From: Anthoceros angustus
Lineage: Eukaryota > Plantae > Anthocerotophyta
Length of the DNA: 64,000 bases
Direction of reading: 5' to 3'
Assembly (NCBI GenBank): GCA_010909165.1
Contig: MU008149.1
Location: 395,086 to 459,085, forward strand
A model generated the notes under the pieces. That model ran no database searches, was not told the DNA's origin, and saw only the letters and a list, made by a program, of their open reading frames with translations. Of this stretch, positions 10,364-23,729 are shown piece by piece; the stretch's first letter is position 1; each line of letters begins with the position of its first letter. Made by a program: the position numbers and the translations under genes.

Positions 10364-11871
10364 CGCATATCCTATACAGGCAATTTTGAGTACTCGTTCA
10401 TGCACCTGCTCAATGGCCTGCGCCTTCGTCATGATTCACAGCTTCCAAGTTCCGACAGTTCCGAGTACGCTTAACTCGTGGTAGGCACCTGGTGCGGCGC
10501 TTACACATCGCTCAGGCCTGTGTGGAGGGCGTAAAGCCTGAAAATCTTTGGGGATCGTCTCAGCATCGGGATTGCAAAACCCTTTACCTCTCACAGCCTC
10601 ACAACGCAATGAGTTCGTCCATACGTTCCCCTAGCTCTTATACGAGCCCTCACACGGAGTTCCTTCCAGCACAAAATGCTGCACCGAGTGGACGAGACCA
10701 GGCAAACAGGCAAACCAGGTTTCCTGACTGTTTAGGTTTCGAGCCAAACAATAGACCTTCTCATTTCAGATTTTCTTGAAATAGGCCAGGTAATACATCT
10801 ACAAGAGGTATTTCAGTAGGGGCATGTGGCCTATTTTCCTGATCAGGGTTTCGTGGATCATGTTCAAAGACACAGGCACGCTTAGGCTCCAAGTTCTCCA
10901 AGATTTAGAATTAAAGGTCTGGACTCCAAGGAACATGGTATGGGGTTATCAGCTCCTGGGCACGTTTTTATCTGAGTTCTGACCAAAACATCCAAGATCC
11001 TCAAGCCGATTGGATTTATACCAGGTGCTGGACTCCTGGAGTGGCCCCCGCTGTGGATACTGGGAGTCGACTGATTTCCTGGATGGCTGCAGAGTGCAGA
11101 CTCTGCAGTCTGCACCTAGGCAGTGCAGCAAACGACAAGAAACAGTGGCAGCAACTGGAGGCTGGCAGTACCCTTGCGGCGGCAGATGAGATCAGGAGCA
11201 ACGAGATAATGTATAAAGTTCAGACTGCACTGTACAGGATCCCCTGCTATGGGATTCAAAAACCTGGGTTGAACGGTGGTGGGAGCACATCACCCTGATT
11301 TTTATGAGAGATTCGACTTTGATCTGATCGACAAAGAACAGTGAGCATGATTAGTCAAAAGATTGGACGCTACAGCTCTGTCCCTGACGCTATTTCACTT
11401 ACCATGTATAGGACACAAAGATGTCAAGGACAACTGCACCTGACAGGCAATCAGAGACATGACTTTTCATTCCGACAATATTTAGAACAGAGTATTGTCC
11501 GGACCCACATCCGCAACGTGACTTCAGAAGCAGACAAAATATAAACTGTTAAGTCGGTTGCAATCGCTACAATGCATATGATAGGCCACATTTTACTCAT
11601 CAAATTTAGCCAGTACCACAATCCAATCACTGTTGACAAGATGCAACGCAATCCCAGATCTCAATCGCAGATTGCCCTGCAGGTGACAACCAGCTCCTTG
11701 TTCCACCAACCAGGATGTACAGTTCGGTGTGGACAAACAGTGCAAGACTGACAGTGCTGATGAGTGATTTTCAGGTAATTAAACGTCGACGAAAGCATGG
11801 ACAACCCATCGCTTCTAGGATACGAAGAAGGTTGGATGGCATGTCCTTTTCTACACTCTCCTCTACCGGAC

Positions 11872-14800
11872 CTAATGGTAAGCTAATGGCCCAGACCTCG
11901 ACAAAACAAAGCGCCTTAGTGGACTCAGTCTTCCGTCCCTTCTCTTATCCCCCTTGAACGTGGAGCTATATTCTAAAGGACCAGAATAACGAACTCTACT
12001 GTTGGGATTGTGTTCACCTGGATCCGGGAAGGAGGCCGACTCCATCGCACGCCTCCGTTGAGAATGGATTTTTAAAGGACCTGTCAATATCGAGCCCCTG
12101 GAACCTGAATCAGTTTCACCACCAGTATCACTTATGTTCCAGCCTTTACCTGGACTAGCAGAAATCCCTTGCGAATGCCGTCGAGAAAGGCTGACAACAG
12201 CCAAGGTTGGTACAGCATTCTCATAATAGAGCTGGTATATTGAACGCAGAACTGTGTAGGGCACAGATGCTTCCAGCGTGCTCCGAGGAAGGTGACTGGA
12301 AAACTCGCAAAGGTGATCAAGAAACACCAACTTTGCAACAAGAGGGCTCCTGAGAAACAACACAACATAAAGAATCATGTGGATACCAAGGCTCACGCAA
12401 AAGCAAGACGCAGTAGTTCTGAAGTAAAATCGCACCTGACTGTGTCATTCCAAGCCTCTAGGATAATTGCTGAAGAACACTGCACAAAGACTTTCATGTT
12501 GGCCTTTGTGTTGGTTTCAACATCTGCTGTGGTCTCCTTCGGAAGAACCTCAAAACCAATCTCGTCTCTTCTGTGCGGTTGCTGAGCAAGGAGCTGCTTC
12601 TGAAGCTCCTTGCGTTCAGAGCGAACCAACTCACTAGCAAACAGGACAGCATTGATACACCTATTTGAGACACCACATCAGCTTATCAATCACTCACAGC
12701 GACCATTAGAATGGAGGATCGGCAGTAAAACAACTGCATAAACTCACCTGGCTAAACAGTGAACACTGTTGTTGAAACCTCCTGTGAGCACATTGAACGC
12801 GCTCATTTGCCAGACATTCGACGTCATACAAGCTATATAAAAGTATGGGAGAAGAGCCCAGGTTGAATCGCCTGCGCCCCCTATGTCCATCATAATAGAG
12901 TGCACCATCACCGCATCTTGCTCTACACTTGCTCCAATGCGGCTGGCCAGCAACTTCAGTTTCAAGAGATCTTGCCTTTCTGGTATGGATGAAGGACAGA
13001 ACTTGACAAAGTCTGCAAAAACTGAGAATAGAAGGGGTGTACTTGACTCAAGCACCTGGGAGGCAGCTCTAGCTAATAAAGCCCTCATACTCAAGGTGTG
13101 GCCAATCTGTAGTGAAAGTTTCATAAAATTTTCCAGGTCTGAGATGTGTTTCAATCCGTACTCCCTCTCCACACGATCATGAATGTTGGAAGCGAATGCT
13201 TCTAAGGCTTCTTTGTTTGATCGCAGGATCAGGTCCACGGAATTGAGAAGGGTAGCAAGATGCTCTCTAAGACCAGCATCGAGCTTATCCATTCCATATG
13301 GTCCAAACACACGAACAAAAGCCCTTAACTCTGCTACATCAGTCAAAGACTCGGCAGATGCTAAACCTACGAGCTTCAGACTCTTGAAACACGAATCCAA
13401 AGGTGAAAAGCAAACTCCAGCAGACTTTACATCCTTGATGACGTTCTCCAAATACCAGTCACAAATTGAGGAGACTGCTCCACCACCAGGACTGAGGTTG
13501 CTACCAGGAGGGTGAAGGTCTCGCATCCGTCCTGAGAATGCCTCAGTAAGGAGGACTTCTCTAAGGCCTCGTGTCAGATCCATGCTTACATGCTGCTCGA
13601 TAAGATGCACAATGGTCATGTGTCGCAATATTTGACTCTCAAACACAGATGGTCGCTGAAGGTCTCCCTCCACAAATATTGTGTTCAGAAGTCGAGAGCG
13701 AAAGTTGTTGAGTAGCCTGTCCCGCAGAAACTACAGAACCCATGGAAACCGATTAGACAACTTTAAAGAAGCCCATACCCGTGTGGGGAAAGACATCAGC
13801 AGAGTAACCTGAAGGGGGCACTTCTGAGCCATCTACTTACTTCTCTGGGAACAAAGACATGGTTTTGAATCCGCAGAGGTTCTAGTTCATTGAGCTGGGA
13901 ACAGAGACTCGTTAGCCTTTGCACGGCTGCCTCAAACCTGCCAAGGACAAATGAGACCAATCAAACTACACATCTCAGAACAACATTCAGTGCCAACCAA
14001 GACTAACAGCTGCAGTACTCACGTTCTAATGGAGCTCCGGCTTGCAGGTTCACTTTCAGAGCCCGGAAGATCGATGCTGCCTTTCACTGATCTTAAAGTT
14101 GAGATGCCATTCTTCGCAGCTTGGTTCATTAGTATTGCAGCATGTTCCGGAAGAAGCTGCACTCGTGCAAGCCAGAAGATAAATCTAAGGACACCATGGA
14201 TATAACCAAAGTCCCTAGGTCTTCAGAGCTCCAAACAGAAGCAAGAAGGTGAATATACGTACCTTCCTATCAAGAGCACCATATCCTCCCTCAGTGTCGA
14301 GGATATTAATGAGGCCCTCCAGGCCCCCCATAACCGACTCCAATATGGATTCCGCATATACAACTGAATCCTTTGAGAGTTTTGGAAGCTGCTCACAGCA
14401 TGCCAACAAGCATAGGCCAATAGACATAAAGGCCACTGGAATTATGAGCTTCCAGAAGTGATGCGCTTGTTTTCCTTTGAGATCAAAAGATGAAAAAACA
14501 TACCTCATCGAGCACACTGCCATGAACATTTTCAGGAAAGCTGCTTGCAATGCTCAACCAAGCACAGCAATGTTGTGGGCGGCCCTCTGGTCCAAACATG
14601 GTGTGCTTGAACACCTGGGGCAATCAACAGATCCATTTGAAGCACATGAGTGAAGGAAGCGATACCAACATCATCCATATCAACGGCCTTTAGTTCCCTA
14701 GCACCAGGGCAAAACCATTAGGGGCTGAGACCCTCAGTACCGCAGTGATTTGCTGGCGGTAGAAACAAAGTGCTTTAAGACTGCTATGCTGAGAAATTTG

Positions 14801-17800
14801 TTTTTCGACATCATCAACAGTCCTGCAAAAAACCATTGGGAGAGCCAAATTACTATCAAAATATCTCAAAAGAGGCACAGTACACTACACCAGATATTTC
14901 AGTTGCTAGTCTTCCAAGTACCTGGACCACAAGTAAGCCATATTTCCTTCTGAAACTATGCTCTCCTTTCCTGTGGAAATAGTGGCCTTGTCAAGGTGAC
15001 GAATTGTCACAGAAGAGTGTGAGGATGAGATTATCATAATTACTCGAAGCCAATCCTTGCGAAATCCCTGAACAACACCAGCTTAGCTTATTCACTACAC
15101 TTCAAGAAGCAGAATTACTAAGGGGGACCAACGCTCTAAAATAGGAAGGGGACTGTGTGGGAGGTGGTAACTGAACCTGCAATTCGATAGCGGATGGTGA
15201 AGTGCGGAGAGATAACTGAACTGCAGTCGTAACTAGCTTCTCACTCTGCAACTTTGGTACTCGTTCAAGATTATCAATCACGGACATGAAAAGTCCACGC
15301 AGTTCCGCATCAATGTCAAGAGCTATCATCCCAGGACAACCCAAGAGAAATCTTATTCTTTGTGCTCCAGCCGCAAGACAACCCAGTGCATACCCTCTGA
15401 CAGCTGTAGTGTTTGCAAAGTGCAGGTTACAAACAGGCTTCACTGGCAGCAATAAATATATATACATACATGTACATACATAAGCATGCGAAAGACAAAC
15501 CTGAGATATACTTGCGCAATAGTCCACATAATCGCTCCATCCCATCCAATAGGAAACCTATTGTCGCATCTGTCGTATCCTAAAATTATCAACAGCTCAG
15601 GTTATACGGCAGTTTACTCTTACGAAATACAGAACTTGATGACCAACCACCAACTTCAACTTGGAAAGCTTTTGAAAGAGTTCTCATCTTACCATGTCAA
15701 CTGGGACAACACGAGTCCCCTTGGCCCGTGTGATAACAACACCCACATGGCTGAAATACCATATGATTTCAGATCGTGCCATAGCCAGTGCGGAGAAAAC
15801 CATCTGCAATATGCAATGGCATCCACTTAAGGTTACCTGGTGCATTTGTTTGCCCACACAGGCTCTACAAAATAATCTTCATAATACCTGAATGTTTGGT
15901 GCTAACAGGCTTGGTTGATCTGAAAAAAAAAGAATCATACGACCAAGCTCCTGCTTCAACAGCATACGCTGCTGCCTGTGGGTTATATCAGAGCTGAGTA
16001 TTGCAATGTCATATGCATCACTGCAAAATGCACATGACAAGAGTAAGCATGGCAGTGACACTGCAGGCAAAGAGCACACTAATCACTAAATTGTGTTAGA
16101 CAAAGCCAAATAAAGAAGAGAAACCATTTTCCAATAGATGTAACAAAACAACCAAACGTGTCTGCAGGTTTAGAGTGTGTCAGCCGTACCAGATTGTTCG
16201 CTCAACCTGTTTGGCAAGATTGTATTCAAGATCTGCATCCTTCAGCCTCGTTCTCCCTGCTTTGGCTAGCTTTTTCGCATCCACCACTTTTGGGATGACA
16301 TATTGTTGATACTCTTCATGCAAAAGAATGTACTGCAAAGGAACACCACGACCTAATCAGATTTTCACAACACCTAACAGCATCAGATTTTGTCACGATA
16401 AGCAACATCACAGACTATAAACAGCTTACTTCGTCACGAAACAGAGGCAGCACCAGGCTGGTCTTAAATATGGCCTGCAAAACAATAAGATAACATAAGC
16501 CAAGGAACAAGTACAAGTAGGAAGCTGCTTCGACCTGCAACTGTTGGGTGGAGGGTTGTCATGAGACCCTAGTCATCATTTCAGGAAACAGCACAATTGG
16601 ATCCAAAATTGAGACCTCTTCATGCAGGAAAAGGTGTCTAGTAAAGTTCGCGAATCACAAACCATCAATACATCAATTGCATTGACTCTGAGAAGTTCAC
16701 TTGGGCAGACAAGGTACCCAAGCAGCACCCAATCACGATAAGAATCAATGTTGGCTAATTCCTGCGCTCTCTGCAGCCACAAACGAAAGGAACCTATGAG
16801 ACCAGGGCCAGAAGCCAGAGCAAGCGCCCATATTAAGCAGCTTCAAAGTCATTAGCCATTCCATCAACTTCCAACATGAATACCCACAATCAAGCAGAGG
16901 GGCATTGAACAGGCATACCGCAGGATGAGCAGAATTTGTGAGTTTATCAGGATATCTGGGATGAAAGGGGCTCAAAAATCCTTCACTTCGCAGCTTTTGG
17001 AAATTTGTACCAAGATAAACTGTTGGCCGAATAGCCTCCAAGATCTGCATACTCATCTTCATTAGACATCTTCGAGACAATTTGGGACCTTCTGAAAGCA
17101 CGAAACCTCCAGAATACAAAGTCTTGAACTCCAGAGAAAGCAACAGCCGACTGTATGCACTCTGGTAGAGATATCCACATAGCACATTACACACACCTCG
17201 CCAACACGAGGGCTCACGAAATTGAGATCTTCGTGTAGTCCTTTCAGTGGTTCATCATATGAATCAACAAACTGAACCAGTCTGCACACAAAACAACAAG
17301 TGAATCGCTTGCCAGTTATCCGGGACAAACTCTGGAAAACTGCAAAAATGATTTTCATACCGGTGATAAAACTCATAGTCCCTCCCATTCTTGACATAGC
17401 TATGTGCTAGGTTATAAACCTGCAAAAGCATCTTCCTCGGAACCTAGAAAGCAAGCACAGGCTCTCAACTGCTATTGCACAGCTGTGTTGGCAGAAAAAG
17501 AATACCACGTCTAACAGGGTGCCTACCTTCTCTGCGTAGAGATTAACTCTCACGAAGGCACAGAACAGGTCCATGAAAGCATGAAGCACCAATGGGTTCT
17601 GATGCGGCTGCACAAGATATTCGTAAGGATTAGTTTTCAAGGTTTACAGACTTCTGCAACTGGGACCAGTTCACAAAAAGCTTGACATTGCTCTGTGTGA
17701 CTGCTTTGAATTTCGTTCCATCGTAGATTTGAAGTGCAAGTTACATCAGGCCAAATAGTCAAGTACCAGAAGAGTGACCACAGTGCTGCTCAGGTAAAGA

Positions 17801-18628
17801 ATCACCCGTAGTGCCTGTTCACGAAATGTCATCAAATCATAAAGCACCTGCCATATGTTTCAAGAAAACTGGTAAGATGGCCTCTGCGCCAGGCAATTCA
17901 CGGTGGTAGCAAAAAAACCAGTGGCCAAGGTATTCGTCATGGTTTGAGAGAGGAACTGAGTTTGTAAAACGTCCGAACGGTATTAGTGTGGGAATCCTAC
18001 CAAAAGCCAAGGCTCCAACGCAGCGAGATACTGCTCAGCGTTATCTTGCAGCACATCCAGACCGGCTTTGTCTACCTGCATTACACAGCGCACAAATGAG
18101 GAAGAGATGACACATGCACAAGCAGAGTGTGTATGTGTCAACTCCCACCGGCGTCAAAGACAGTGAAACGAAGCAGAACCCCACCTTGTCGAGCTGCATT
18201 TTGCCAGGATGCTCGGGAAACCTTTTGGCAACATAAGTGCAGAGCTTCGGAATGTCAGGGAATAGCCCTGACTTGGTAAACGCCTCCGAAAACTGCAACG
18301 AGCCACTGTTAGGAAGATCGAGAATCTGCCGCAGCTGATACAACTTGGTCATCAGCCCCTCCGCGATGACGTTCAGATGGAATATTCCTTCTATCTGCCG
18401 GATCCGCTGGCTGCTTCTCCCATTGGTCTGCTGTCCGAGCATGCTCGGAATCCTCCTGTAAACAGACGAATGCGATGACGACCCCGAGCTGTAGTCGTTC
18501 CAGCCAAAAGCATCCTCACCATCGTCGCTCCTGGCGTGCCCCTCCGGAGCAGCGTCCCGCTTGAAGAAGCTGGACGGCTGCCGTGCGTAGCGCGGCGGCT
18601 GGCCATTGCCATACCTGTCGCCTTCCAT
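11872..18628 (-). CDS. NAP1: NCK-associated protein 1 (NAP1/NCKAP1/GNARLED), SCAR/WAVE complex subunit, multi-exon
   Basis: Exons translate to plant NAP1 hallmarks: GLMTKLYQLRQIL, PHQNPLVLHAFMDLFCAFVRVNL, LVQFVDSYDEPLKGLHEDLNFVSPR, LRSEGFLSPFHPRYP..LTNSAHP, YRDWVLLGYLVCP, MFGPEGRPQHCCAWL, HLPRSTLEASVPY..LRSIY, and C-terminal RFVLSRSGPLAYH* (TAG 11874-11872). ATG at 18628; first exons 18628-18185 and 18075-18001. Not every exon boundary was mapped. Confidence 0.96.
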
Positions 18629-19537
18629 CTCCCCTTCCCAGCTCCCCTCCACAAGCACCTAAACTTGCTCTCCCCGACTGCTACCTCCCCTGCTGCAAAT
18701 CGGGCACCCGAGCGTCACCAGCAGGCGCAATCCGTATCTAATTCGGAAGAAAGGCTCCAGCTTCTCTCCACATTGCATTGCCGAGCCGTCCCCGACCGCA
18801 GCTGGCAGGACATGAGGACAGGCTCCTGACGGGAGCAAGGTAATGAGGCTGCGCTCGCAGACTATGCCGGGGCTGATAGCAGCTGCAGTAGCCGGACAGA
18901 CGAGAGCAGTGCTGAGCGGCAATGAAGGGAGCAAGCATTGAGAGGACGGCGTGCGTGTCAGGCTGCAAACACAGGTCGACTTGCTATCCGCCCGCGCCTG
19001 CGAAGTGCAGTGGAAGGACCCCACGGGTTCCTGCCATCACCACTGCCCAGAGAGTTAGCCCGGGCTCCCGAGACGAGGCCCGCGCGGCTCGTCTCGTCTC
19101 CTCTCGCGAGGTGGTGTGGACAGGAGAATCTGACTTGTGAACAGGAGTCACAGAGTCACGTTTTGAGAAACGCGACTCGAGCCTTTCGGACACTGTACGG
19201 AACGCGTCACTCCCTTCGCTCACTCGCCAACTAGGCTATACGGGACATACTGGATACATTCTACATGTACCAGTGTGCATATGAACGTGAAACTTGAAAC
19301 GTCTTACATGGACGCATTAATCAATCAGTCTTTATATTGTTAAAGAGAGATAGATCTACATTCAAATAGTGTGAAAGTGTGAAAAGAAGGTTTTAAAGAT
19401 TTTATAAAGATATCTTATTATATTATATTAAAGTTTAAAATCCAAAAAAACTATTTGTTGTTAGGGTTGTATAGGAAGTATCTCTCGATGCAAATTTGTT
19501 GTTGGAAAGATTATTTATCGTTGTTGGGAGGATGGCT

Positions 19538-20512
19538 TTAACCATTACTCCCTCGAGCGCAAAGGATACCTATTGTCCAATGAAGGCTACGGATTAGGGA
19601 TACCCACCTGGAGAGGTGTTCTATCGTAGAGCTGCCGAGGTGGCCGTCCCTATGGACGGGCGTTCCTACACGTAAGTGCGTGGGAAAGACGAGAGCTCCA
19701 ACACACGAGGCTTTTGCTCTATGGACCGAGCGCATAGCGTGACGTCTGTTGTGTAACTTTAATCTGGTTGCCCGATTAGCAACCAAACTAAAAATCCGTA
19801 TCTTTCTCCACAACAGTTGTGAGTTTTTATCGTGAAACAGCGAAGAGGTGAAAATCTATGAATGTTCCAAAATGTACGATTGAAATTTTACTAATGACAA
19901 AATTCAATATTGGATTCTTTGTCACGAAGTGCTTCCTCATATTTAGTAGACAGAGGGAGAATCTTTTCTACTATTTGGCTGAGGGTAGAACTAACCTCCA
20001 TATTGTTTTGTATTACTAGTTTCAAAGTGAATACCTTCTCGTGAAGTTTTAATAGATTCTTGTACATGCGTTCTGTAGATTTCAGAGTGTTTGTGGCACA
20101 TCTGAAAATACCACTTATACCAAAATTAATGACACAAACAGGGAAGAAAACAAGAGGAGCAAAGCATAAGTTAATAAGCGTAATAACCGTAATAACACAA
20201 TACATTGCTTTTAGCCATCGGCCATCTGCTAGAACAACGTGAGACAAGGTTAAATCTTTCTCAATCATCAGACTTGGGCACACTCAACAAGCGAAGCCAA
20301 GCAGGACTATAGTGCACAATACTCATGGTAACAGAAAAGCGGCCAGAGCAAGGTTCTGTCGCACGAGGTAAACACTTGCATTCATATGAGCACTTCCTCA
20401 ATAGACAACCAAGCAACACAAATCTAATACGCAAGTATACGGGCAAACCAATAACCATAGAAGGGAGTAGCTCGCACGCCGTGGCACAAACACACTCTCC
20501 CCACGAGAACAA
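19538..20512 (-). other. AT-rich segment with short ORFs (Cys-rich, hydrophobic, coiled-coil-like); unassigned, possibly TE-derived
   Basis: ORFs 20261-20512, 19891-20283 and 19538-19813 are collinear on the minus strand. No family motif recognised. Confidence 0.2.
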
Positions 20513-21046
20513 GACGCGAATTCCTCACACATCGCTCTCGGAGTCATAGCTTTGGCTTCCTCACTACCCTCTTTTGCATTGCATATCTAGAGGACAAACT
20601 ATGATCTGAGCTTGTCCTCTGTGAAAGGGTCTGTATATACTAGCCCTTGGCATCAGCATATTCCTAAGATATCCTATTGGCAGCAGCATATGCCGAAAAT
20701 ATCCTAAGAATACACTACAATATGCAAGGAGTATGCTAAAGCATATTACTTGAGCTTATCCACTTAGCTATTGCTAACCATGTTTAATCAACACTAATCA
20801 ATGCTAATTAACATAAATACTTTAGATTAATTAATACTAATTACTTACTTAATGATAAATAATTAGATTAATTAATACTAATCAAACACTAAACCGAAGT
20901 GCAGTGATTAGTGTCACACGACATGATAGCTCCGGTATTTCTCCTTACGAAATTCATCTTAAACTCCCTTCTTATATTGAGAGAGACACAAAGCTCGAAA
21001 TAAACTTTGCAGTGCGCCAAGGGGCACCTTCGTTTCTTGTCCTTCA

Positions 21047-21126
21047 CTTTTCCTGCCTAAACTCTCATCTTTCCTGCCTGAACTCGTCTTTCCTGCCTAA
21101 ACTCGTCTTTCCTGCCTAAACTCGTG
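21047..21126. repeat. About 19-bp minisatellite x4 (CTTTCCTGCCTAAACTCGT)
   Basis: Read directly from the sequence. Confidence 0.85.
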
Positions 21127-21225
21127 TCTTAACTTATCAGTACACAAGTCTCGTTGGTTGTTTATTGGTGTTTTCCAAACTTTCCAATCCTTGGTCCTGA
21201 GCTTTGCTCTCCATTCAATACCAAA

Positions 21226-21280
21226 AACTCGAACAACTCGAACAACTCGAATAACTCGAATAACTCGAACAACTAGAACA
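21226..21280. repeat. 9-bp minisatellite x6 (AACTCGAA(C/T))
   Basis: Read directly from the sequence. Confidence 0.9.
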
Positions 21281-21859
21281 ATGGTGGTTTGGTGCACTGA
21301 ACAGCCACGGGCCTCAGGTTGATTGAGTAGCGGCCCTCAGGTCCTTCGCTACGGAAGCCCGACGCTGACCCCACGCACAGCCCCGCGCCACGGCACACCA
21401 CACGCACCGTCGCCCCACCATGGCCCGCCGCGACTTCGCCATGAGCGAACAGGGATGGTTCGAGGACCTCCCGGTTACCCCACCTCAGGGAGTCAAGTGC
21501 TGGCAAACAACGAAGCTTCGAGGTCTCTTACACATTGTAAGGAGTCCAGCACATCCGACAATTCCTGTGGTTGGGAAACAGGTTTCCATCGATGGTCGTC
21601 GCCAGGAGCAGGAGCTCTTGCGGCCACACCTTTTTCTGGGCCGTACCATGTCATGAGATAACAGGCGAGACAAGAAGAGGTCTCGTCCGTCTGACTTCCG
21701 GCATAAGGGCTCCCTCGAGGTCCTCTGGTGGAACACTTGGGTGGATGAGCAGCTCGTTGCTTTGGATATGCAGATGGGTCATGCTGCATCTCCTTCCAAG
21801 GAGAGCTCGCCGCAATCCTGGCAGGCATGCAAAATCGGGATGGGCGTCTTAGCGGGTGC

Positions 21860-22957
21860 AACCGGGAGCAAGTTATGTCAGCTATGGAAGCTTCCTGAGG
21901 CCGTTGGGGGCCCTGGAATACTTGACGCAGACAGGATGTCGTATTCCTCAGTCCCTCTTGTACACTGTGCCCAAACTGTGTGCAGTTAAGAAGGCTGTGG
22001 TTGCGAAAGTTCATGATATCACTGTCAAACCTGGGGACCAGTCTAATACATCCTTGGGGAAACATATCTTGCGCAGGTATGCATGCGCGTGCGAAGGTAG
22101 GTTGAAGAGGCCATGGATGTGTACACCAGGGTAGGCATTGGGCAAACAACATTATCTCCGCAGATGCTAAACATGGGGGGCCATACAACTGTACGTTGAA
22201 ATGCGTACCTCAGGGTTTAAGGTGGGTGGGACGATTTTGCAGCTGCTCTTCAAGGTTGCGCATTTTCGGCCGACTTGGAGTCTGGCAGGATTGTGCATTG
22301 TGATGTGTTGCACAGTGGCATTGGCACCTGCCTGGTGGACATGTATGCTTTATGTGGCGAACTGGAAGATTCACGCCAGGTTTTTGACTTGGACGGCCCT
22401 CACTGCTGGGTATGCACATCGTGGGCCCGGTGAAGAGGCGATTGATCTGTATGGACTAATTGAGCAGGGGGTCCTGATTTTGGCAAACCATTCCACTTTT
22501 GCGTGCCTTCTGAAGGGCTGTGCAAGTGCTGGTGCCTTACAGAAGGGCAGGCAGCTGCATTCACAGATTATGGAAAGAGGACTCCTAGATGGCACACTGG
22601 CTGGCACCTGCCCGGTGGACATGGCAGATACCCATGGTCAAAATGTGGCGAACTGGAAGATGCTCGCTGAGGTTTTGCCTGCTTGGTCACAAAGGATGTG
22701 GTGACATGGAATGCGCTGATTGCATGGTATGCAAACCATGGGCTCTGAAATGGCTTTGCGGGCATGCTGAGAAGCTAGCTCTGGCGTGTGGTGTCTTGAA
22801 CACTCCAAGTGGCACACCTCGGCTGGTAACCAAAAATCTATGCATGGGCAGTGACGGCAACAGTCCCACCGAGATCATGTCGAGGGTTGAAAAAAGAGAC
22901 ATTGTTGTAAGGGATGGGTACCGTGTGCATCGATTCGCAGCTGGTTGTTGCAGTTGA
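21860..22957 (+). pseudogene. PLS-class PPR gene with a DYW:KP-type (HAE) deaminase domain, degenerate
   Basis: PPR fragments in shifting frames (GTCLVDMYALCGELEDSRQVFD, TFACLLKGCASAGALQKGRQLHSQIMERG, VVTWNALIAWYANHG). These are followed by LCGHAEKLALACGVLNTPSG..LVTKNL..RDIVVRDGYRVHRF..G.CS. The CxxC motif reads GSDG, the E/PG region is deleted, and a stop follows CS. Confidence 0.85.
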
Positions 22958-23729
22958 GGGGAAGCCGGTGCGGTGGTGAAGGCTACGTTGGATGGGTGGT
23001 AGCTTCGGTGGCCTGGTGACTTGTGGGGACCCATTTGAGCCCTACCAAGTTGTCCTTCCCCTTGCCCTTGCCCTTGCCCTTGCTTGAGATTCTTCCGCTT
23101 TGAAAAACAGGATGCATAGAACACAGCCTGCTGACAATAACGAATGAGTGCAGCAACTGATTGGGCTAATTTTCAGCTAGACTAACTATCATTCTAGGGC
23201 TAATAATAAAGCGAGCACAGCCTTTGCTGCTGAAGTGCGCAAAACAACCATCTATCCTACGTAGACATAGTGACTATTGTTCCGGCTGGCAATGCGGTGG
23301 AAGCAACGTATGCACTAAAATCCCAATTCCTTCCATGACATCCCAAGCTATTAGTGTCTGTGGATAACTACGCACACAGTGACACCTCTGTGCATAACGT
23401 CCTCTCTACAGGTCGCGGAGGCAGGGTTGTCTCGTCTGAAGGTCTCGTGTCCCTCCTTCCCTTTTGCAATATATGGAACGTACATTCTCAACTGGAGCAC
23501 ATACCACCCCGGTCAGAGTGGAGTTTGCACGGTCGCAGGGTTCATGTTGAGAGGATGTACGTGCTTCCTGCAGGCACCTGCAGGAGGAATCACCAAACAC
23601 AGCACTTGAAACTGGGAACAGCGAGTCGGCGATTATGTTCACAAAGTGTAGCAGCTCCCAAGATGCTCAGACGCAAACGTTGCTCCCTTGCCCTGCAGCT
23701 GGTAGCTCTGCAATTGCTGCATTTTAAAA

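Noticed and set aside
10500-11870. Short ORFs between cupin and NAP1
   Set aside because: No recognisable motifs; consistent with the NAP1 3' UTR and cupin upstream region.
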